A DNA stretch of 13,904 nt from positions 1-13,904 of the forward strand of contig JAFRFV010000266.1 of NCBI GenBank assembly GCA_017434185.1, in the 5' to 3' direction. Under the pieces are notes generated by a model. It worked only from the letters and a program-made list of their open reading frames with translations, ran no database searches and was not told the origin of the DNA. Of this stretch, positions 6,642 through 13,477 are shown piece after piece. Each line of letters begins with the position of its first letter. Position 1 is the stretch's first letter. The stretch is from Coriobacteriales bacterium (GTDB lineage: Bacteria > Actinomycetota > Coriobacteriia > Coriobacteriales > RUG844). Position numbers and translations under genes: made by a program.

Positions 6642-7497
6642 CGCCGCGCATATCGATGGACGCTTGCTGTCCTATGATGAGAGCGCTTACGAGTTCTCCC
6701 TGGCGGGGCTGCCCATCCGTCTTGCGGAACTGCGTTCCATGGATGACCAGGGTGCCATCACCTGGAACATGGAGGAGCAGCATGCCTGGTTCCGCGATCT
6801 CGATGAGAAGGCCTTCCAACACGCCCACGAGCTGACCTACAAGAGCTTCAGCGGTTATGCGCCCACGCTCAAGAGGGAAGAAGCCACCCAGGATAAGCCC
6901 GTCGCGCCCAAGGCGCAGGCGACGCCTCAGACGCCCCAACAGCCTGCACCCCAACCGCAAGCCTACGCCGGTCAGCCCCAGTGGGACAGCGCGCCCCAGT
7001 CGCCGTACGGCAACTATGCCCCCAGCCCTGCGCCGGCGCCCCAGAACAGCACGACCAAGACGGTGCTCATCGTATTGGGTGTCATCTTCGCCGTGCTCAT
7101 CCTTCTGTGCTGCTGCTGTGTTGGCATGACCGTCATCATGGATGAGGCGGGCCTGCTCGAGGAAGCCGACAACTACTACATCGATGACGACTACACGTAT
7201 CCCTACGATTTCGACGAATACGATTTCGACGAATACGACTTCGATGATCTGGACAACTGGGGCAACGGCTTCGATGGTGATTCCCTCTACGGCCCCGGTG
7301 CACCCTACGGCCCCGGCTATGGTCCGGGCAATGGCGACGTCCCGCCCGCACCGCCTGCAACACCCGATGCGCCCGCAACACCCGACGCGCCCAGCGGTAA
7401 TGGAAGCGCCGCAGCTCCCGACGCGCCTGCAACACCCGACGCGCCTGCAACGCCCGCCGGCAACGGTACGACCGTAGTCGGCACCGTGGTAGCATAG
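6634..7497 (+). CDS. Hypothetical single-pass membrane protein with Pro/Gln-rich linker, Cys-rich TM helix and acidic/aromatic (DFDEY) and (A/P)TPDAP repeats
   Basis: Perfect AAGGAGGA RBS 6 nt upstream of ATG 6634, with GC3-rich codons. It has an N-terminal ~90-aa globular part, a TM segment (TKTVLIVLGVIFAVLILLCCCCVGMTVIM), and a C-terminal DYTYPYDFDEYDFDEYDFDDLDNWGNGFDGD... tail. I recognise no family. Confidence 0.65.
   Translation: MIIAAHIDGRLLSYDESAYEFSLAGLPIRLAELRSMDDQGAITWNMEEQHAWFRDLDEKAFQHAHELTYKSFSGYAPTLKREEATQDKPVAPKAQATPQTPQQPAPQPQAYAGQPQWDSAPQSPYGNYAPSPAPAPQNSTTKTVLIVLGVIFAVLILLCCCCVGMTVIMDEAGLLEEADNYYIDDDYTYPYDFDEYDFDEYDFDDLDNWGNGFDGDSLYGPGAPYGPGYGPGNGDVPPAPPATPDAPATPDAPSGNGSAAAPDAPATPDAPATPAGNGTTVVGTVVA
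7207..7248 (+). repeat. Tandem 15-nt repeat gatttcgacgaatac x2 (+ partial) encoding DFDEY-DFDEY-DFDD
   Basis: Seen directly in the sequence. Confidence 0.7.
7342..7457 (+). repeat. Imperfect 18-nt tandem repeats (acacccgacgcgcccgca) encoding ATPDAP units
   Basis: PATPDAPATPDAPSGNGSAAAPDAPATPDAPATPAG; the nucleotide-level repeats are visible. Confidence 0.6.
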
Positions 7498-7545
7498 CGC
7501 TTATCACCCAAGGTAATTGACGTCGACGACTGGAGGTCGAGCACG

Positions 7546-10116
7546 TTGACTGGAAGCTACAACCCCAAGGACATCGAGACCAAGTGGCAGGAAGAATGGG
7601 AGAAGGACGGCATCAACGATGTCGTTGAGGGCTCGAGCAAGCCCCACAAGTATGTCCTCGAGATGTTCCCGTATCCCTCTGGTGACATCCACATGGGACA
7701 CGTCCGCAACTACACCATCGGCGACGTGATCTCCCGCTATTCCAAGATGAAGGGCTTCAATGTGCTGCATCCCATGGGTTGGGATGCCTTCGGCCTGCCC
7801 GCCGAGAACGCCGCCATCAAGCACAAGAGTCACCCGGCCAAGTGGACCTATGGCAACATCGCCACCCAGAAGGCGTCCTTCAAGCGCATGGGCTTCTCGT
7901 ATGACTGGAACCGCACCGTAGTGGCCTGCGACCCGGAGTACTATCGCTGGGGCCAGTGGATCTTCCTGCAGTTCTGGAAGCGCGGCCTGGTGGAGCGCCG
8001 CAACTCTCCCGTGAACTGGTGTCCCGACTGCGGGACCGTGCTGGCCAACGAGCAGGTCATCGAAGGCCGCTGCTGGCGCTGCCACAGCGAGGTGCAGAAG
8101 CGTGATCTCACCCAGTGGTACTTCAAGATCACCGACTACGCCCAGGAGCTGCTGGATGACCTGAACCAGCTGGACGGCTGGCCCGAGCGCGTGAAGCAGC
8201 AGCAGGCCAACTGGATCGGCCGTAGCGAGGGTGCGCAGGTTGACTTCATCCTGTGTGATAAGGACGGCAACATCCCCGCCGATCCCACTCCGGACGACAT
8301 CATCACCGTCTTCACCACCCGAGCCGACACCCTGTACGGTTGCAGCTTCTTCGTGCTCGCACCTGAATACGCGCGCGTCGCGGAGTTCGTGGCGGGCACC
8401 CCGTATGAGGAAGAGGTCATGGCACTGGTGGAGGCCTCCAAGAAGATCACCGCCGTGCAGCGTGCCATGGGCGATCACGAGAAGCACGGTGCCTTCACCG
8501 GCCGCTACGTGGTCAACCCCATCAACGGCGAGAAGGTGCCCGTATGGGTGGCCGACGACGTTGTGGCCGACTACGGCACCGGCGCCGTCATGGCTGTGCC
8601 CTGCGGCGACCAGCGCGACTTCGAGTTCGCCCGCAAGTACGACCTGCCCATCATCCCCATCATCCTCGAACCCAGCGACCCGCTGTATTCGCGCCTGTGC
8701 GAGGAGCAGGGCCGTGTGGTCACGAGTGTCGACTGGGAGCAGGCATACGCCGCGGAGGGCATCCTGGTGCAATCCGGTGAGTTCACCGGCATGGTGGGCG
8801 GCAAGCATTCCCCCGGTGAGGATGCCGTCGTGGCCAAGCTGGAGGCCATGGGCCGCGGCAAGCGCAAGGTCGAGTTCCGCCTGCGCGACTGGCTCATCTC
8901 GCGCCAGCGCTACTGGGGCAATCCCATCCCCGCCATCCACTGTGAGCACTGCGGCGTCGTGCCCGTGCCGGAAGAGGACCTGCCCGTGCGCCTGCCCGAG
9001 GACATCGATCTGGCCGCCGGTGAGACCCTGGCCACCCACAAGGGCTTCATCGAGTGCACGTGTCCCGTCTGCGGTGCCCCCGCACGACACGAGACCGACA
9101 CGATGGACACCTTCACCTGCGCCAGCTGGTCCGTCCTGCGCTCCACCGACCCGCACAACCGCGAGCTGCCCTTCGATCCCGCGAAGGCGGCCACGTGGAT
9201 GCCCGTCGATCAGTACATCGGTGGCATCGAGCATGCCCTCCTGCACCTGCTCTACTCGCTTTTCTTCACCAAGGTCCTGCGTGACATCGGCCTGGTCGAC
9301 TTCAACGAGCCCTTCACCAACCTGCTCTGCCAGGGCATGGTGCTCGACGGCAAGGGCGAGGTCATGAGCAAGTCCAAGGGCAACGTCATCGCGCCCGAGG
9401 ACATGATCGCCCAGTACGGTGCCGACGCCGTGCGCGCCTACATCCTGTTCATGGCACCTCCGGACAAGGAGCTGCTGTGGAACGAAGCTGGTCTGGCCGG
9501 CATGTTCCGCTTCCTCAAGCGCGTGTGGCGTCAGGTGCAGCTGCTCTCCCACGACCCGGATGTGCGTCAGGACAATGTGACCGAGGACGACGCGAAGGGC
9601 AAGGCTGCCGCCAAGACGCTCAATCGCGAACTCCATCGCGTGATCGGCAAGGTCACGGACGACATCGAGCGCTTCAACTTCAACACCGCGCTCGCCGCCA
9701 TCATGGAGCTGGCCAACGCCACCGACGAGTACCTCAAGTACGTGCCCGCACAGACGCGCGCGAACTGCGAGCCGCTGCAGGAGCTGGATGCTTTCGCGGC
9801 CAAGACGCTCGTGCTCTTGCTCGCTCCCTTCGCCCCGCACTGGGCCGAGGAGCTCTGGCATGAGGTGTTGGGCGAGCAGGGCAGCGTCCACCTGCAGGAT
9901 TGGCCCACCTGGGATCCCGCGCAGGCGGTGGCAGAGACCGTCACCTATCCGGTGCAGATCAACGGCAAGGTGCGCGCCCGCGTCGAACTGTCCAAGGAAG
10001 CCGGCAAGGACGAGCTGCAGGCCGCCGCTCTGGAGGCCGCCGCTTCCTACTTGGACGGCAAGACGCCCAAGAAGGTCGTGGTGGTGACCGGCAGGCTGGT
10101 GAGCATCGTCATCTAA
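7546..10116 (+). CDS. leuS: Leucine--tRNA ligase
   Basis: Class-I HIGH motif (PYPSGDIHMGHVRNY), KMSKS motif (VMSKSKGN), CP1 editing-domain Zn cysteines (CPDCG...CWRCH), 856 aa. TTG start 7546 with GGAGG 9 nt upstream. The N-terminus YNPKDIETKWQEEWEK is typical of LeuS. Confidence 0.95.
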   Translation: MTGSYNPKDIETKWQEEWEKDGINDVVEGSSKPHKYVLEMFPYPSGDIHMGHVRNYTIGDVISRYSKMKGFNVLHPMGWDAFGLPAENAAIKHKSHPAKWTYGNIATQKASFKRMGFSYDWNRTVVACDPEYYRWGQWIFLQFWKRGLVERRNSPVNWCPDCGTVLANEQVIEGRCWRCHSEVQKRDLTQWYFKITDYAQELLDDLNQLDGWPERVKQQQANWIGRSEGAQVDFILCDKDGNIPADPTPDDIITVFTTRADTLYGCSFFVLAPEYARVAEFVAGTPYEEEVMALVEASKKITAVQRAMGDHEKHGAFTGRYVVNPINGEKVPVWVADDVVADYGTGAVMAVPCGDQRDFEFARKYDLPIIPIILEPSDPLYSRLCEEQGRVVTSVDWEQAYAAEGILVQSGEFTGMVGGKHSPGEDAVVAKLEAMGRGKRKVEFRLRDWLISRQRYWGNPIPAIHCEHCGVVPVPEEDLPVRLPEDIDLAAGETLATHKGFIECTCPVCGAPARHETDTMDTFTCASWSVLRSTDPHNRELPFDPAKAATWMPVDQYIGGIEHALLHLLYSLFFTKVLRDIGLVDFNEPFTNLLCQGMVLDGKGEVMSKSKGNVIAPEDMIAQYGADAVRAYILFMAPPDKELLWNEAGLAGMFRFLKRVWRQVQLLSHDPDVRQDNVTEDDAKGKAAAKTLNRELHRVIGKVTDDIERFNFNTALAAIMELANATDEYLKYVPAQTRANCEPLQELDAFAAKTLVLLLAPFAPHWAEELWHEVLGEQGSVHLQDWPTWDPAQAVAETVTYPVQINGKVRARVELSKEAGKDELQAAALEAAASYLDGKTPKKVVVVTGRLVSIVI

Positions 10117-10158
10117 GCGCTTATCGCACAAGAGAAGAAGGGGATAAGGGAGGTCATC

Positions 10159-11193
10159 ATGCAACACGAGATCAAGACGGCGGGCCCACTCCTCAAAGCG
10201 GACGGCTCCTTGAGGGAGGCCGGTTTCGCGCGCTCCCTGATCCTGGACTACGACCGCGCTGCCATCAAGGCGGGTGCCTCGCGTATCAAGGAATGGGATT
10301 ACTATCTCATCTACGACAACGAGGTGGCCGTGGCGCTCACCATCGACGACAACTCCTACATGAACATGGTGAGCGCGAGCTACATCGACCTGAAGAAGGC
10401 CAAGGAGAAGACCACCAGCTTCATCAGGCCGCTCACCTGGGGCAAGACCGGTCTGCCCGCCAGCAGCAAGCAGGGGCACATCCACTACGAGGATAAGAAC
10501 TCCCAGCTCGACTTCAAGGTGGAGGATGGCAAGCGCTTCCTCAAGCTGTGGATTGCGAACTTCGAGGATGGCAAGCCCTTCGAGTGCGACCTGGTGCTGG
10601 AAGACGAGCCGCAGGACTCGATGGTCATCGCGACGCCGTTCCCCGGCAAGCCCAAGCACTTCTACTACAACCAGAAGATCATCGGCATGCGTGCGAGCGG
10701 CGTGGTGGCCTGCCCCCGCGGCGGGCACGTGTTCAAGTCCGAGACCGCCTTCGGTCTGCTCGACTGGGGCAGGGGTGTCTGGACCTACAAGAACACCTGG
10801 TACTGGGGTGCCGCGCAGGGTCTGTGGAAGGACCACGTGCTGGGCTTCAACATCGGTTACGGTTTTGGCGATACCCGCGCTGCGAGCGAGAACATGCTCT
10901 TCTTCGATGGTGTGGCGCACAAGCTGGACAAGGTGACCTTCAACATCCCCAAGGATGGGCGTGGCAAGGACGACTTCATGAAGCCGTGGACCTTCACGTC
11001 CAACGACGGTCGTTTCACCATGCACTTCCAGCCCATCATCGACCGCGCGGCCTGCACCAATGCGCTCGTGATCAAGAGCGACCAGCATCAGGTCTTCGGC
11101 TGGTTCACCGGCAGTATGATGCTCGACGACGGTACGCGCGTGGAGATCGAGAAGTTCCTGGGCTTCGCCGAGAAGGTCGCCAACCGCTGGTAG
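10159..11193 (+). CDS. Conserved hypothetical protein, Trp/Gly-rich; possibly DUF2804 family
   Basis: 344 aa with GGGAGG RBS and GC3-rich codons. Motifs WDYYLIYD, DWGRGVWTYKNTWYWGAAQG and FNIGYGFGD are consistent with my recollection of DUF2804 (~340-aa bacterial proteins). That family assignment is from memory, not a search. Confidence 0.75.
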   Translation: MQHEIKTAGPLLKADGSLREAGFARSLILDYDRAAIKAGASRIKEWDYYLIYDNEVAVALTIDDNSYMNMVSASYIDLKKAKEKTTSFIRPLTWGKTGLPASSKQGHIHYEDKNSQLDFKVEDGKRFLKLWIANFEDGKPFECDLVLEDEPQDSMVIATPFPGKPKHFYYNQKIIGMRASGVVACPRGGHVFKSETAFGLLDWGRGVWTYKNTWYWGAAQGLWKDHVLGFNIGYGFGDTRAASENMLFFDGVAHKLDKVTFNIPKDGRGKDDFMKPWTFTSNDGRFTMHFQPIIDRAACTNALVIKSDQHQVFGWFTGSMMLDDGTRVEIEKFLGFAEKVANRW

Positions 11194-11201
11194 TATCCGG
11201 G

Positions 11202-11239
11202 GCGCCGCGGACTCGTCCGTTCGCGGCGCTTATCCCATT
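11202..11239 (+). terminator. GC-rich hairpin (GCGCCGCG-12 nt-CGCGGCGC) followed by TTATCCCATT; candidate terminator for the leuS / hypothetical-protein transcription unit
   Basis: The inverted repeat is seen directly, 9 nt after the stop. The U-tract is poor, which is common in high-GC genomes. Confidence 0.4.
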
Positions 11240-11262
11240 CGCGGTACGTTCGAACTGCATTC

Positions 11263-11291
11263 TTTACCTTTCGCGGCTTTTATGTTATAAA
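11263..11291 (+). promoter_or_regulatory. Candidate sigma-70-type promoter for the rimP-nusA-infB operon (-35 TTTACC, 17-nt spacer, -10 TATAAA)
   Basis: It sits in a locally AT-rich 240-bp intergenic region upstream of rimP. The hexamers are seen directly and the spacing is canonical. Confidence 0.3.
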
Positions 11292-11350
11292 TCATCCTGC
11301 GTCTGCGCCCGTGAGGGGCGCGACCCCAATCTACCGAGTCATTCACGAGG

Positions 11351-11380
11351 AAGTGGGCATGTCCCGCTTTCTTTTGTTCT
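11351..11380 (+). promoter_or_regulatory. Leader hairpin plus U-tract (AAGUGGG-cauGu-CCCGCUU followed by UCUUUUGUUCU); possible attenuator in the rimP/nusA leader
   Basis: 7-bp stem with one G-U pair, immediately followed by a T-rich run, about 55 nt upstream of the rimP start codon. Confidence 0.3.
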
Positions 11381-11436
11381 AAGGCTCCGGAGGCTTGGGA
11401 AGCAGTTCGAACAGACCGCGAGAGGAGCGCTCAAGA

Positions 11437-11901
11437 GTGGCTAAGGACATGGCCAAACTGCTCATCGACGAGATGGAGCCCCTTGCCCAGGAACATGGGC
11501 TGGAGCTGGTGACCATCGAGTTGGTGGGCTCGAAGAAGGCGCCCATCGTGCGTATCTACCTCGATACGCCCGATGGCATCAGCTTCGACCAGATCATGGA
11601 GGCCCACAGCTGGATCGATGCCTACATGGACCAGAAGGACCCCTTCCCGGGGGCCTATGTGCTCGAGGTGAGCTCGCCGGGCATCGACCGTCCGCTGCGC
11701 AAGCTGGCCGACTACGAGCGCTTCGCCGGTGAGACGGTGCAGATGAGCACCCAGCCCATCGACGGCCGTGGCAAGTGGACGGGCAAGCTCGTGGGTCTGC
11801 GCGATGGCAAGGTCGTCCTCGAGCTGGACGACGGGGAGGTCTCGATCGACCCCGCGCTGATCAAGAAGGCCAACGTGAAGGGCCAGATCAGCTTCAAGTA
11901 G
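11437..11901 (+). CDS. rimP: Ribosome maturation factor RimP
   Basis: LELVTIELVGSKKAPIVRIYLDTPDGISFDQ...YVLEVSSPGIDRPLRK is the RimP signature. GTG 11437 has GAGGAG 9 nt upstream. The TTG at 11395 used by the track and the ATG at 11449 have poorer spacing. Confidence 0.85.
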   Translation: MAKDMAKLLIDEMEPLAQEHGLELVTIELVGSKKAPIVRIYLDTPDGISFDQIMEAHSWIDAYMDQKDPFPGAYVLEVSSPGIDRPLRKLADYERFAGETVQMSTQPIDGRGKWTGKLVGLRDGKVVLELDDGEVSIDPALIKKANVKGQISFK

Positions 11902-11953
11902 TGGATGTGCTTTCGTTGTAAGCGAAGTGTATGGAAAGGATAAGGAAAACGAC

Positions 11954-13147
11954 ATGGCCTCTGAACTGACCGCTGCGCTGGCGCAGCTGGCGAAGGAGAA
12001 GAACATCGACGAGCTCTACCTGCTGGAGCGTCTTGAGCAGTCCCTTGCCAAGAGCTACCAGAACGTGCTCAACCTGGACTGGGATGCCCGCGTGACCATC
12101 GACCGCGACTCCGGTCGCATCATCGTCTACGAGATGGTGGGCAAGGGCGAGCCCGACGAGGAGACCGGCGAGTACCCGGAGTACGAGCCCCGCGATGTCA
12201 CCCCTGACGACGTGTCCCGCACCGCCGCCCAGAACGCCAAGGCCGTCATCATGAACATCGTGCGCGAGGCTGGCCGTCAGCAGATCTACCGCGAGTACGC
12301 CAACCGCAAGGGCGAGCTCGTGACGGGAACCGTCCTGCAGGTGACCAACGACTTCACCATCCTCAAGATCCGCGAGGGCGTGGAGGCGGAGCTTCCGCAC
12401 TTCGACACCAAGCGCAATCCCAACGAGCGCAACGAGCGCCCCGACAACGAGCGCTACATGCACAACCAGCGCCTCAAGGCCCTTGTCATCGACGTGCGTG
12501 ACCCCAGCAACATCGAAACCAACGCCCGTGGCGAGAACACCCGTCCCGCCATCGTGGTCTCCCGCACCCACCCGGACGTGATCCGTCGCCTCTTCGAGAT
12601 CGAGGTGCCCGAGATCTACGACGGCGTGGTCGAGATCAAGAGCGTGGCCCGCGAGGCCGGCGTGCGCTCCAAGATCGCCGTGCGCTCCAACGAGAACAAC
12701 CTGGATCCCGTGGGTGCTTGTGTTGGCCCCAAGGGCAGCCGCGTGCGCATGGTCGTGGGCGAGCTGCGCGGTGAGCGAGTGGACGTCATCGCCTGGAACG
12801 ACGACCCGGCCGTCTACGTTGCCAACGCGCTGTCTCCCGCCAAGGTGAGCAACGTGCAGATCGACGCCGACCGTCACTATGCCACGGTCATCGTGCCCGA
12901 CGACCAGCTCTCCCTGGCCATCGGCAAGGAGGGCCAGAACGCCCGTCTGGCCGCCCGCCTCACCGGTTGGCACATCGACATCAAGAGCGCGAGCCTGGTG
13001 GCCCGCACCGCCAAGCCCGCCGCGTCGCTGCTCGATGACGCCGATGAGGACTTCGTCCGCTGCGAGTATGTGGGCCCCAACGGCGTCCGCTGCCGCAACA
13101 AGGCCCGCGAGGGTAGCCGTTTCTGCGGCATCCACGACGCGGAATAG
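11954..13147 (+). CDS. nusA: Transcription termination/antitermination factor NusA (short form, no AR1/AR2), with an unusual Cys/His-containing C-terminal tail
   Basis: N-terminal domain, S1 ([20 protein letters not shown]) and two KH domains ([30 protein letters not shown]; [25 protein letters not shown]). I placed the start at ATG 11954 ([18 protein letters not shown]) because AAGGA lies 7 nt upstream. The track's GTG 11927 adds 9 aa. Confidence 0.9.
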   Translation: MASELTAALAQLAKEKNIDELYLLERLEQSLAKSYQNVLNLDWDARVTIDRDSGRIIVYEMVGKGEPDEETGEYPEYEPRDVTPDDVSRTAAQNAKAVIMNIVREAGRQQIYREYANRKGELVTGTVLQVTNDFTILKIREGVEAELPHFDTKRNPNERNERPDNERYMHNQRLKALVIDVRDPSNIETNARGENTRPAIVVSRTHPDVIRRLFEIEVPEIYDGVVEIKSVAREAGVRSKIAVRSNENNLDPVGACVGPKGSRVRMVVGELRGERVDVIAWNDDPAVYVANALSPAKVSNVQIDADRHYATVIVPDDQLSLAIGKEGQNARLAARLTGWHIDIKSASLVARTAKPAASLLDDADEDFVRCEYVGPNGVRCRNKAREGSRFCGIHDAE

Positions 13148-13153
13148 GAGCAA

Positions 13154-13456
13154 GTGGTAGGTATGGAGGGCAAGGCGCGCAAGACACCCGTTCGCAGCTG
13201 CATCTCCTGCAGGAATGCAGGGGATAAGCGCGCCTTGGTGCGCTTCGTGCGCGATGCCCGGGGTCAGGTGAGCCTGGACCCCAGCGGCAAGGCCCCCGGT
13301 AGGGGAGCCTACGTGTGTCCCGATGGCGACTGCTTCAAGGACGTACGACGCAAGCACCGCCTGAACGCCGCTTTGAAGGTGGCGCTCACGGACGATGATT
13401 ATGCAAGGCTCGAAGATGAGTTCCAAAGCTTCGTCGGCAAGACGGATGAGCGATAG
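13154..13456 (+). CDS. ylxR: YlxR/DUF448-family RNA-binding protein (RnpM-like)
   Basis: [48 protein letters not shown] is the YlxR signature (R.C..C......L.R.V....G....D..gk.pGRGaY.C....C). It holds the conserved nusA-ylxR-infB position. The start could be GTG 13154 or ATG 13163. Confidence 0.8.
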   Translation: MVGMEGKARKTPVRSCISCRNAGDKRALVRFVRDARGQVSLDPSGKAPGRGAYVCPDGDCFKDVRRKHRLNAALKVALTDDDYARLEDEFQSFVGKTDER

Positions 13457-13477
13457 GAGTGTTGCCCTGTGGCTGTG

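Noticed and set aside
8231-9367. 378-aa + strand alternate-frame ORF inside leuS (Ser/Pro/Arg-rich)
   Set aside because: It is a +1 frame of leuS with no start context. Its composition is typical of an off-frame GC-rich reading.
7504-11088. 1194-aa ORF on the minus strand spanning the leuS and downstream-gene region
   Set aside because: It is entirely antisense to two confidently identified genes, leuS with HIGH/KMSKS motifs and the Trp-rich protein. Its translation is low-complexity (G/A/V/L/D/H-rich), as expected for a stop-free reverse frame in GC3-saturated DNA. It is an artefact.
11240-11436. Possible tRNA (initiator tRNA precedes rimP in E. coli) in the rimP upstream spacer
   Set aside because: I looked for a GTTCGAATC-type T-arm and a cloverleaf. 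The gTTCGAAc at ~11251 has no matching acceptor or D-arm pairing, so no tRNA is supported.
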